From positions 703,177 to 767,176 of the forward strand of contig NW_005434651.1 in the NCBI RefSeq assembly GCF_000315625.1: DNA of 64,000 nt, written 5' to 3'. Shown piece by piece: positions 50,114 through 64,000 of this stretch. The notes under the pieces were generated by a model, which was not told the DNA's origin, made no database searches, and saw nothing but the letters and a program-made list of their open reading frames with translations. This DNA comes from Guillardia theta CCMP2712 (taxonomy: Eukaryota; Protista; Cryptophyta). The position numbers and the translations under genes were made by a program. Each line of letters opens with the position of its first letter. Position 1 is the first letter of the stretch.

Positions 50114-50992
50114 TCAGCTCTCCTCCGAGCTGTGCCGTGACTGCATGTAATCCTGGATCCCTTCAGCGGTGGGGGCCGCTACCCACTGTGGACTACCCTG
50201 CTTGTCATCGCTCGAGCAGCTCATATACGGGGAGGAGTTTGACGTCCTTTCCTCGCTGTTCTGCCCTAAGTCGGTGCTCTCTTTGTTGTTGTCCGACGAT
50301 CCGTTCCCGCCGGACTTGTCGCTTGCCGGCCTCGGCGACTCTCTTTCCTCCTCGGTCTTCTTCACCTTCCTCCTCTTCCTCGACTTGGAGGAGTTGAAAA
50401 CATCCGCCGCCTCTGCTCAACCACCATCAGAAATGCCCACCGGCATACAACCACAATCACCTTGCGAAGTTGAGGCGAGCTGTGCTGCCTTGACCTTGGA
50501 TTGGCGCTTGCTCTGAATCCTCCTCTTCCTCGGCTTCGAATCCTTGGTGCCCGATGGGCGGCCTGGCCCTCGCTGATGGGTCTTGTCGTAGTCTTCCTTT
50601 TCCTGCCTCGTCCACATCTGCCGCGTGATCCTCGCCCACGTCCTCCTGTCCCAGATGTCCCTGACGGACTTAGAACTGATCCCGTACTTGTTTGCTACCT
50701 CGCAGCTCTCCGCTGTCTTGTTCTCCGTGTCCACGTTGCGGTAAGAGTAGATCTCCAGGGCCATCACGGGCGTCAGGATTGCCTTCTTCTTCTTCTTCTT
50801 CACTTCTACCCCCGAGCTGCTAGAAGACTCGCGCGTCGGAGGCTCCCGAGACGACCTGCTGATCTTGAAGCTGTTCAGAGAATCCGCGTCCTCGCTCGAA
50901 CCCCTTTCCTTCTCCAACTTGTCGGGCTTCCTCGGCTCTCCCATCATCTTGTTGGCGATCAATGGAATTCCTTTGGGCAAACCACCTGTCAT
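50114..50992 (-). CDS. Putative transcription factor: HTH (LT...EIY...VANKYGISSKSVRDIWDRRTW) + AT-hook-like GRPSGTKDSKPRKRR
   Basis: Basic NLS KKKKKK, a helix-turn-helix-like motif, a GRP AT-hook-like motif and a low-complexity C-terminal exon. Start codon uncertain. Confidence 0.7.
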
Positions 50993-53223
50993 TGGGAGAG
51001 CAACGCACGGGGAGCAAACTCTACCTGAGCTTCAAGCTTGACAAGAGAAGGTGAAGATATGCAGCAAACGATCAGAAGCAAGAGCTTACGAGTAAGACAG
51101 CAAGATATGGAGACCTGGCGTCTCCATACAAGACGATTCGGGGCCCTTATCCGAACACGATCAAACTGTCAAGACCAATGTCGGATCTTAGAGCTTTCGA
51201 AGTAGTTGCAATTGCTCTACCACAAGCAAGCCCAGAGCAGTGGAGCAGAATCAAGCTAGAAAAACTACTAGAAATCAAAGAAGAGCGGTCTGAAATGAGC
51301 AGTGAGTATGGTTCAGTGGAAGGACACAACCCTGACCTCTTCTGCGATTCTTCGAGGAGTGGAGGGATTATTTGGATGTACGGTATCGACGGATCACGAG
51401 AAAGTCTTATGATGCTTGTCAAGAGACGAGGGAAACGGGACTGATGTTGAAACGTATACCGTGTCTTCGTCGACCAGGACTGTTTCTCTCGGAAGGGGGG
51501 AGGACGAGGCCCTCTGTGTTGTGTCGGAAGGAGGTCGGGAGATAGATCAGAAATGAGAGGAAGGGAGAGAGGGGGTGAATTGTGGGAACGTACTTGGGAA
51601 GGGGGAAGGAAGGTAACAGGGAATGGGAGACGGATGGACTACGGGTGACAATGACCACTGAAGGGGGGGTGGTGTTGGGTACGAAGGAGAACTCATATTT
51701 GAAGGTGGGGGTAGTAGGGGAAGAGATATTGAAGATAGGACAGGGTGGGGGTATATGAATAGTCACTACGGGTACTACCAACCGAGAATGATGCTCAGGA
51801 AATAGGGTAGATGAACTGAGGGGTACTTGCAAGGCCAGGAAGAGAGGCAGTATACGTTATTCAATTAGTTCTTTTCATAGTAAATAGCTATACATGGGTA
51901 GCTTTTATTGAGAACACTTAAATGTTCAGTACCCCCAGTTGATTTATCAATTTGGTTCCCTGATAAGCATCAATATGGGGGTAGGGGTATGTTTTAAAGG
52001 GGTACATTGGTCATATTATGCTCTGCATGGAGGGGACGAATTTTCAAGGGGAGGGTAGTCGATGGGGGTGAGAGCGAATATTAATACAATGGGAATATTT
52101 GTTTGGATTATCAGTGAATTATTGAAATTTGTTCAGTAATATTTAGACAAAATTGGGAATGAAATTTTGAAACTGGTCCCCTGGTTAAAACTCTTCCCCT
52201 TCAAGCATTTCTTCTTCCCATCCCCGGTGAATGTGGTAAAACCATTCCCACAGACCCCTCCTTTTGACCACCTAGTACCCCACCCAGGGGTTGCACGCGC
52301 TAAAACCTCCTTTCGATAAGACGTCATTTCAAATCCATTTCATGTCATGTAGGGGTCCAAATTCATGTAGAAAGGAGGGGTGGGTTCGATGAGGCTGGGA
52401 TTAGACGCACCCACCCCCCCATAAATCACCCCATCATCATCCCACCACCACCCCACCACTAGCCTCCTACCACCCCACCCTAATTCCAGCACCCCTATTT
52501 CCCATAGGCATTACCAGCGGCCTGTGGTGGGGCCGCCTAAAAACAATCCTCACCATCCGTCGCGATTCAAGGTCCGACCGTTAGCGGGGACTGATTCTAG
52601 TCATTCTAGTCAGAGTCAGGACTCCGGGCCCGGGGGCCGGCGTTGGCCGTGACGGTCACCGGTGGCGGCATCCCCGGATCCGACGATGACTGGGCCCTCA
52701 GATCTAGCAGGCCGCCGGGCCCCCGGAACTTCGGAAGGAGTCCAGCATTCACTGTTGTCGCTGCCGAAGACCGGGTTCTCGGATTCTGTCGCAGCCCGGG
52801 GCGCTCAGGCTGGGCTAGCGCCCGGCGCGTGAGTTCGTGGGATTTATTCAATGTCATCATAACAGCAAACATGATGAGTCAGTGCGTAGCTGTTTTCTTC
52901 TTTAGCTGTGCCAAAGCACTTGGCTCGTAGCCGCGGCGTCCAAGTATTTTCTCTTCACTCTGGAACTGAGAATGTCAGCCCATGGCCAGCCGCCGCCCGG
53001 GGTCGACTCGGCAAAGTTTCACCTTGATAGCCCGTGAGCTTCTTGAAGATGAAATCTGAGCCGACACCAAGTCAGTCCAACCACGGGACGGCGGCACAGG
53101 CTACGGCATGGTGACCCGAGCACCTGGGGACTGCAAGTTCTTGAAGCCTTGACTCAACCCGACCCATGCCTCATCTACCAAAGTTTCACCACACGGCAGG
53201 AAGTGACCGGCGACGATTGTGGC

Positions 53224-54765
53224 CTACCGATGTTTTCTCCGACCTCTGTCTGTCGTGATGACCTTCGCGTGTCCTCTACTAGCGACTTCGACGAGGATCT
53301 CCGGCGCACGTACACCTGAAAAGCGAGTCATGCACGACCAATCGCCCCCCCGACGGCGGCCGCTGCTCACGTCGTCATCTTTGAACTTCTTCTCCGAGCG
53401 CTGCAAGCTGTCGGGGAGGGGAGTTATAACCAGAGTCAAAGTCCAAGCATCGATTCACCTTTTCCTGAACATCTCCCGGGACACGATCTGGTGCTGGTAC
53501 TTCATCCCGAAGGCCGGAGATATCGGGCCTCGAACTGAGGGCGAGAGTTTCAAAGTAGCATCCGCCATGTCCTCTTTCTCCTTGCCCAGCCATCCTGCAC
53601 GGAGTCGATAAGAACTTGGGCGACAAGGGATATCGAGAAAATGAGACCTTGCACACTGCTGCTGCTAAGAAGACTCGGGGAATGGCTGAAGATGTTCTCG
53701 AGGCTGTAGTGCTCAACACAGGTCTGGAAGGCGAAGAAAGCTGTCAGAGGAATCCATCTAGCCCTCCTGTTCATCCCAAACAGACCTGCAAAGTCGCGTC
53801 CCTCTCCCCGGATTTCGAGTTCCTACGAAAGTTGAGGGGTCGAGCAGAGCCGAAGGGCGTCAAGGTCCCACCTCTGGTCCAGCTCCTCGTCAAAAGGAGT
53901 CTTTCCCAGACAGACGTGTAGAATCTCGTTGTCAAGATCCACCTGGGATCGCAGAAATCAGGACTTCGCATCCCCCTCGACCAACAATCCTCCATCAACC
54001 TTGTGGAGGTTCACCGGAGCTTCCGGTGGAAGGCACCAGACTGGTATCTACAAGAGGAGCGTCAGCTTGCTGAACTTTCTGCGCAACTCCATCTCTGTCC
54101 TCGCCATTCACAGACATCCGTCCATCTCGCGCTATCAACTGACCCATCACCCTGTTTCCACCTGACTCTCTCCAGCGATCTCGATCAAAGTCTCGTCATC
54201 GACCTGTCGTCGTGCTCAACAACATCCCAGCTCAACATCCCGGCAAGACACCTTCATCTCCGTGTTGCACGACAAACAGACATCTGCAACGGCCTGTGCA
54301 ACGGCTGACGATCGACAACCATGATGACCCTCCAGCCCTCACCTGAACATTCCCGCAGAATGGGCACATTTGTAGGTCCCTGTTGCTCTCCAAGGATGGA
54401 GACCCTTCGTTCTCCTGCACGTCATCTTCCTTCTTCCGTGTGCCGCCTTCAGAAAGCGACAAAGATCTGAAGCCGGCAAAGGTGGAGCGGCGGTTCGTGC
54501 CTGATGAGACTTGGCTGGCCTGGGTAGAGAAGGTCTTGGTCAGGGGTCCATCCTCCTCCTTCACATTGTGCGGATCGTTCTCGATGTCGACGAAGGAGGT
54601 CGATCCAATGCCTTGAAAACCCAGAGACGCTGTTGCCTCAACTAGAGTATCAGGCTTCTTTGGGAAGAAGCAGCGGGGGAGGCAAGACCAGAGCCAGAAC
54701 CGAGGCTTTGCCTCCGCACCGACGGTGCTGGAGGACGACGTCACGGAGCTTGGCTTCATCTTCAT
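53224..54765 (-). CDS. Hypothetical multi-exon protein with CPFC...CLSC zinc ribbon
   Basis: Long first exon, then LQMCPFCGNVQ|AVADVCLSCNTEMK across a GT-AG intron, followed by several short in-frame exons. Confidence 0.5.
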
Positions 54766-55959
54766 TCAGTCCAGGAACTCCACGAGAGGCTTACAAACTC
54801 TAGCTGCGGCCATCCTCGCCTTGCCCACAGCTGACAGGAGAATGTTGATCCCCACGAGTTTGTGGTGCAAGGGCTCCGCTAGGAAACAGCGACACCCCAG
54901 CGGAACCCCGCACTCATCTCCAGCTATCCAAGACAAGAAGGGCTCATGTATACAACAATGATAATGTTGGCAATGAAGTGTCTTCGGAGTAAAAACCAGC
55001 TGTCATCATGGTCCCCCAGGCACCCGAGTCAACGGTATGGGTGCCCAGGGTTTGTGCGGAGTAGGAAGGATGGCGCGGGGAGGAAACGCAACACCCTGCG
55101 AAAAGATAATCATTTCCTTCCAGCTCAGAAAAAAATGAGCAATACAGCAAAATTTGACATGGCATATGATATCTGCCCTTCCTTGCCAGTTCCCATCCCG
55201 GCTCCTTCTCTTCAAATTGTACTCACTTCGAGTAACTCCTCTTTTCCTCCTCCTTCTCCTCCTCCCCTTCTACCCCCCCTTCTGCCTCTCTATACACCTC
55301 TCCTTCCCGATGTTCTCTCACTGATTCGCTGCCTCCCTTCTCCTCCTCCTCTTCCTCCTCCCCGCCTACGGCTTTCCGGCCGGCATCTCCGACCAATCAA
55401 AAGTTTCACTCAACTGCCCAGATCTTGACCCCTCCTCTGACCAGTTGATACCCCCTTCTTCCCCCCTTCCGAGTGCCAGGGGTGGTGCCGGCATTAGGTG
55501 GACTTGACGGTCGGACTCAGTGAAACTGCCATGGTACGGTCGGGCGGGCCCTGAGTCACGAGTCTGGCCCGGCCTGCAGCCCGGCCGGCAGTGCGCGAGT
55601 CCGACCGGCGACCGGCGTCTATACGACATACGACCTCGAACCGTGGCTGCAGATGATGACGGAGCCTCCGTGATCGGGTGCGGACCGTCGCGCCGTCCGG
55701 CGAACGGTACCGTCCGATCCGGCCGGGCCCCGTGACGGATCGGACGCCCGGCCGGCCCGTCCGGGACCCAGCCCGGAGTCGTGGCCCGTGACATCGGCCC
55801 CTCGGACTGGCAGTAACTGAGTTGCACCGACCGTGCGCCCGGGCCGGGCCAGCCGCCGCAAGGCCGGCCGGGCGGCGGCGCCCGGCAGCTTCCGGCGAGC
55901 ACTTGACGCTGGAATTCAGCCTGGAATTGGTTGATCCACACTAACAGCTCCACGCCACA

Positions 55960-57052
55960 ATGGCTGGAGGGCGTGACGGGGGCAACAGGCGAGGAGGAAG
56001 GAGACGAGATCGAGCAAGGTATGTCTCTTGGCAGACCATCTCATGCTCTCCCTCCCATGGTGCGGGTGACGACAGCTCCAGGCTGACCATGGTCGCCTCC
56101 TCCGCCCTTCTAGTAGTGCTTGACTGGATGGTCTCGGAGTGTCAGGGGGAGGCGTCGGAGATGAAGACCTTCACGGAGGACTGGGAGAGCGAGTACAACC
56201 ACAAGATGCTCATGGCGAGTGTTGAATGCGTCGCTTGTAACGCGCTGCAGGTGAGGAGGAGGGGGCAGGGGCTGCAACAAGGCTACTGACCCTTGCCATG
56301 CAGCGCTACGGTCATGCTGGAAAAGAGGACACGTGCATGTCGCACTGCTTCCTTGTCGTTCCTCCGGATGCAGAAGATCAGCACTGCGAAGAGTTCTGTG
56401 AGAAGTTGAGGGCGGCAAACCTCCTGACTTCGCAGGTTGCCCTGTGCTGTTGCTTTTTGCCAGTGAACTGGTTGTCAGCCATGCATGGCGCTCGGACATT
56501 GTCCCGCACCCCTGGTGAGGACTGAGCATCTCAAGGAGGAGATGGCGAGTGAGTACCGTCCTGTGGTCATCATCGGGCATCACAGGGAGGAGACGGAGCG
56601 GTTCGAGCGACAGATCGCCGACTGGACTCGTTTGAGTTTGCCAGGAGTTTACGTTCGTTTGCTCTACCTTGTGAACGAACATGGGACGGAGAACAGATCT
56701 CTCGAGTATGCATACCGTATGATGCTCCCTCTACACAAGCAGGTGAATGGAGGTGGCGCCGAGCCGGAGCAGGATGGTGGTCGAGGGCCGCTGACGGAGC
56801 AAGGCAGATTGAGCGAGTTTGTGAGGTCATAGAGGACGACGGTCGTCTGCAGGGAGGGTTTGACCTGATTGCTATCGGAATGGTGCGAAACTGTCTCGTC
56901 CTTGTCGAAACTTTCAGCTCACGATGAAGTTTCAATGCTCCTTCGCTCCCTAGGGTGGGATCCTGGCACGAGGATACGTGCAGGTCAGATTGTGTAGCCA
57001 CTCTCGTTCTCCTTCCCTTCCTCTGATTCTCTCTGTCTTTTCATGTTTCAGA

Positions 57053-57084
<32 letters not shown>

Positions 57085-57092
57085 AATCATCC

Positions 57093-57185
<93 letters not shown>

Positions 57186-58653
57186 CGTCGTCATAGTCAT
57201 AGTCATAGTCATAGTCATCATCATCATCACCACCACCACCACAACAACAATAACAACATAATCTTCTCCCACAGCTCCCTGCACCTCTCTGAAATCCCAA
57301 CCTCTCAGGCGTGCAACGCTCCTCCTGTCAAGACTCTCATCACCTACAACACGCCGCATGCTGGATGCAAGAAGCAGGCCAAGGAGGACGGCAACAAGAT
57401 CTTCGCGGCTCATCCTGACCTTGAGGGCAAACGTGACCCGTACTCTCCTTTCGTTCAGTCCTGCGTCGCTTCAGCTGGCGTTCACCTCGATCATACAAGG
57501 TTCGGGAGAATGTTTTGCTCTGCTCTGCTCTGCTCTGCTCTGCTCTGCTCTGCTCTGCTCTGCTCTGCTTCGCTCCTCCTTTCTAACTCCTCGCCTACTC
57601 CTCTTCACTCATCTTTCTCTGACCTCTCCTCTTCTTCCCTCTCCCCTCCCCTCTCTTCCTCCACCCCTTCTCATCTAATTTTCACCTTCAGGCCTCACTT
57701 GTACTACTCGAACGCGAGTCTCCTGCCGGATCTAAACCTTCAGCGACCTCAACACAAGTTTCGCCCGCTCGACGCACTCGACAGGATGGTACATCTTCAT
57801 CCTCGCACTACTCCCCTCTTTCCTCTCTCTCCTCTCTTGACCCCAATCCCAACCTACACCACTTCTCTCTTGTCTCCTCTCCCTTCCTCTTTCCTCTCGC
57901 TCTTCTTCTCTCCCCTCTTTCATGTCCCTCCTCCCTTCCTCCCTCCCTTCCTCTCTCCCTTCCTCCCTCCTTTCCCTCCTTACCTGTTCCAAATCTGTTC
58001 TCTCTCCCTCTCTCTTTCCTCTCTTCTCTCCTGGCCCTCTTACTCTTCTCTCCTCTCTCATCCTCCCTCCCTCTCTTCCCTTCCTACCTGTGTTCCTCCT
58101 TCCACAAACGTTCTCCTTATGTCTTCCTTTTCATTTCTCCTCCTCATCATCTCAGATCCTTGTCTACGGCGAAGCCGACGAGGCGACGGATCCGCGAGAG
58201 AGCGCATGGTTCGAGGACGAGGTGATATCGCAGCAGCAGGACAGAAAGGAGGCTGACTTGCGGGCACCAGCAGGCAGAGCTTAAGGAGGAGGCAGCAAGG
58301 AGTGAGGAGGGAGGGGACGGGACAAAACTTCCTCCTCCTCGTCGCTACCATCGATACGCTTCCCTCCACCTCGATTCATTGTTCTCACAAGAAAGGATGA
58401 GCCTCTTCCGAACACAAGCTTGCCGGTGAGAAGAGGAGAATTTTGGCGCAGGAGCAGGAGCGGGAGCGGGAGCAGGAGCAGGAACAGGAGGGGGAGGGGG
58501 AGCAGGAGCGGGTGGAGGAGGAAGGAAGGGAGGGGATGGATCTCTTAAGGATGGTGCAGGTGGAAAGGAGAAGTTACTGAGGAGGAGACGGCTAATTGTC
58601 GACGAGAGATAACGGAGTTTATGATTGCTTTCTTGGACCTCAAGACTCGTTGA
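55960..58653 (+). CDS. Palmitoyl-protein-thioesterase-like alpha/beta hydrolase lacking the nucleophilic Ser
   Basis: PVVIIGH; LQGGFDLIAIGM|GGILARGYVQ; CNAPPVKTLITYNTPHAG; LLPDLN; ILVYGEADEATDPRESAWF. Motif order matches PPT1/PPT2. Start may instead be 56089. Confidence 0.7.
57093..57186. repeat. (CAA)n trinucleotide tract, intronic, flanked by (CAT/AAT) tracts
   Basis: Directly visible. Confidence 0.95.
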
Positions 58654-58950
58654 CGAGAAGGAGGAGAAGGAGGAGAAGGAAGTTTTGTTGACCTGGTTAC
58701 GTTGAGTCTGATAATGTCCAGCACTGCTCGTATGCAGAGAACAGGTCAGACCAAGGTGTCGGTGCATGTTGTTGAATGTCAATCATGGTTGTTTCATCAT
58801 TACGATGTTCATGTCTTTTATCATAAATGTTATGGCAAAGAGTGCTCTGCAAACATTTCCTGTTCATCTCCACCATCTCAATCTTCGGTCTCGGTGCTGA
58901 CCGACACCTCCTGCTCGAAACATTCAGCACAGTCTTGGGATCAAGTGCGT

Positions 58951-61108
58951 TCACCTGAAAGACCAGTCTCTCTCTCCTCCCTCCTGATGGCGGGGATGGC
59001 CCGTCTGAGAGACTTGTAAGTTTGTGGAATCAACTTCGCTTTCATCATCATCACCACCGCTACAACTACCTTCATCATCATGATGTACAGCACCAACTAC
59101 TTCTAGTACAGCATCTTTCACTGCAGAAGGAGGCGGCGGCGGCAGAGGAGGAGGAGGAGGAGGAGGAGGGGGAGGAGGAGGAGGAGAGGGAGGGAGAGGA
59201 GGAGGAGAGGGAGGGAGGGAGGGAGGGAGGGAGGGAAGGAGGGAAGGGAGGGAGGAGGAGGGAGGGAGGGAGGAGGGAGGAGGCGGAGGCGTGGGACNNN
59301 NNNNNNNNNNNNNNNNNNNNNNNNNNNNNNNNNNNNNNNNNNNNNNNNNNNNNNNNNNNNNNNNNNNNNNNNNNNNNNNNNNNNNNNNNNNNNNNNNNNN
59401 NNNNNNNNNNNNNNNNNNNNNNNNNNNNNNNNNNNNNNNNNNNNNNNNNNNNNNNNNNNNNNNNNNNNNNNNNNNNNNNNNNNNNNNNNNNNNNNNNNNN
59501 NNNNNNNNNNNNNNNNNNNNNNNNNNNNNNNNNNNNNNNNNNNNNNNNNNNNTTGATTTGTGACCTGCATTCTGCAATGTGTAGTGCAAGTCAGCATCAC
59601 GAGCAATGAGCGGCTGAATTCCGAGGCTGAGGAAAACTCCCCCTGGTAGACCAAAGTGAGAAAGAGGAGAGGAGAGGAGAGGAGAGGGGAAGAGAGGGGA
59701 AACGAGGAGAGGAGAGGAGAGGAAGGGGCAGGGGCAGATGATAGCTGGAGGAGGGGGGGGGGGGAGGGGGAGGAGAGATGGAGTTCAAATCGGACGCTAT
59801 TGGTGGGCAGCATTGGTCGAGGAGGAGAAGCAAAGGATGCGAGGGGTAGAGGAGGATGTACCAGAGCGGGGACAGGAAGACAGGAGTATACTGATAAAAG
59901 AGCTCCCTCTGTTTCTAAGGAGAAATCAGAAAAAAGATCTCCAAACAAACACACCGCTGCCGCCGCCACCTGGCAACAGACCGAAGCAACAGCAGCAGCA
60001 TCAGCAGAAAATTCACAACCACAACGATAACGACAACAAAAAACAACAAACGAAACAACAAACATCACCACTATCACTATCATCATCACCACCATCACTA
60101 TCTCCATCTCCATCTCCATCTCCCAATACCATCAATAACATGACCCTGGCCTCACCGGCTTCTTTTGAAACTCCTTGTAAGATGCCAGCGACGCTAGTCC
60201 GAAGATCTTCAGAGATCAATTCAGGAGATGTCTTCTCCCCTCCTCTCCTCTCCTCTCCTCTCCTCTCCTCTCTCTTCTCCTCTCCTCCCCTCTCTCCTCT
60301 CCCCTCTCCCCTCTCCACTCTCAGCAGACACCACATCCTCCTCCCTCCTCTCCTCCCTCCTCTCCTCTCTCACCAGGCCGGACATGGAGGTACAGGCAAG
60401 GGTCGCATAATACTGGTCCTCCCCGATCCCCGGCACTAGCGCGCACCCTCCCTTGCGAAGGCATTTCTCAATGATAGAGACGCTCTCCTCGATCGCGCTG
60501 TTCTCTCCGCTCTCTCCGATGGAGTACACGTTCCCCATCCTCCCGCTCAGCTCGTTGAAGAACCGGGCAGGAAGCAGCTTCGACACCTCTGCCCCCGCGT
60601 TGAAGCTCAGCACGTTACCCTTGCCAGCCTGGAGGATGACGATGAGGCTCCTCTCGTCAGGCAGGTTCCAGGCCTTCTTGACCTGCTCCCTCGTCAGCTT
60701 CTCGTCCAGGCGCCTCTCGTCGATTGTCAGAACACGGACGCGATAGTTGGTCTCCTCCTCGAACTTGTTGAGATTTTCCTCGAGCCTCCCGCGCTCGTTG
60801 GAACCAAGAGACCTTGCTTCATCGATGATGGGAGAGGCCGCCAGGCATGACAGAGGAAGCAGCAGCCAAGATATTCCTGCCATGCATGCTCTCTTCTTCC
60901 AGTCCTCAGCCATCGCGACCGAGCCCCTCAGTCCTTCGCGCTTTCGCGAGCAGCGGGAATCAGGGCCGAAGTTTCGCGACGATGGGCGAGACATGGAATG
61001 AGGGGAGCATGCGTAGAGAGGAGAGGATGAGATTGGGGAGGAGAGGAGGGAGGAGGGGGGGAGGAGGGAGGAGGGGGAGAGGACAGAGGAGGAGGGCGCG
61101 AAGAGCAT
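58951..61108 (-). CDS. TPM-domain thylakoid lumen protein (TL15.0-2/At5g52970-like) with C-terminal TM helices; 3' end uncertain (gap)
   Basis: LLLPLSCLA|ASPIIDEARSL...LNKFEEETNYRVRVLT...NVLSFNAG...RFFNELSGRMGNVY...KCLRKGGCALVPG; later exons IFGLASL and GVFLSLGIQPLIAR. Confidence 0.8.
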
Positions 61109-61621
61109 GGCTCCGTTGGCGGTGATGCCCGATAGGCTCCCGTCAGCGTCAGCCGCACTTTTATAGTCAATACACGTTAGTGCTGACACCCACCCACTGG
61201 TTCACCATTATGACTACCCTGTACCCCTCCATTATTCCATGAGGTGGTCTTTACACCCCCTATTTTGATACATAAAATAGTGGTACTCGAAAGATTTGAA
61301 TACCACCTTTCGGGGGTAGGTACCCTACCCTTGTGCTGCTCTCGCCCCCCTCTAAGATTGTACTTTAGCCCCTATAGTCAAAATGTCAACAGAGGATGGT
61401 CGACGGGGGTGGTGTAAGTCGAGGGTAGGGGTTCATCTAGGGGGTGGGTTAGTGCTGACAGGTAGGGGTAATTTGTACGTACTTACAGGGGTGCTAGCTG
61501 ACAATCATACATCCCAGATTCGAAATAGGGGGTGGGGGTCATACGAACACCAAGGTCATCGTGGAAGGGATTTTTACAGGCAACACCGTGTCTACCCATC
61601 TAGCGGGTCGGGCAGGGCGAC

Positions 61622-64000
<2,379 letters not shown>

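Noticed and set aside
51147-51444. ORFs upstream of the HTH factor
   Set aside because: No domain evidence; probably 5' UTR or promoter, though a small + strand gene cannot be excluded.

Overview
Eukaryotic nuclear DNA from a draft assembly with four N gaps. It is almost certainly a cryptophyte alga (Guillardia theta-like): plastid-targeted proteins carry bipartite 'signal peptide + A-x-A/G-F transit peptide' leaders, genes are dense and intron-rich with ~45-60 nt GT-AG introns plus microsatellite-filled long introns, and RWP-RK and HTH transcription-factor families are present. I can model about 25 protein-coding genes by hand, arranged in almost strictly alternating orientation. Recognisable products: Tat-type lumen protein, Fes1/SIL1-type Hsp70 nucleotide exchange factor, AVT1-like amino-acid transporter, anoctamin/TMEM16, PDZ protein, large IPT/Cys-repeat surface protein, ankyrin protein, RWP-RK TF, PDZ-PDZ-2H-PPR fusion, Gfo/Idh/MocA oxidoreductase, JmjC protein, HTH/AT-hook TF, PPT-like hydrolase, TPM lumen protein and an ABCB transporter. 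The most notable observations are: (1) a six-exon gene, not recovered as one ORF in the track, encoding a GPI-anchored 10-cysteine Ly6/uPAR (three-finger)-like protein, head-to-head with (2) an anoctamin whose Ca2+ site has lost most ligands, three of them to arginine; (3) a putatively plastid-targeted PDZ-PDZ-2H phosphoesterase-PPR fusion; (4) two secreted/anchored repeat proteins with a shared Q-x-L motif, resembling polyprotein precursors; and (5) compartmentalised divergent intergenic regions containing CCGG-palindrome islands, GGGGTA blocks and a shared short inverted-repeat element. All gene models are manual splicing inferences; no database searches were run.
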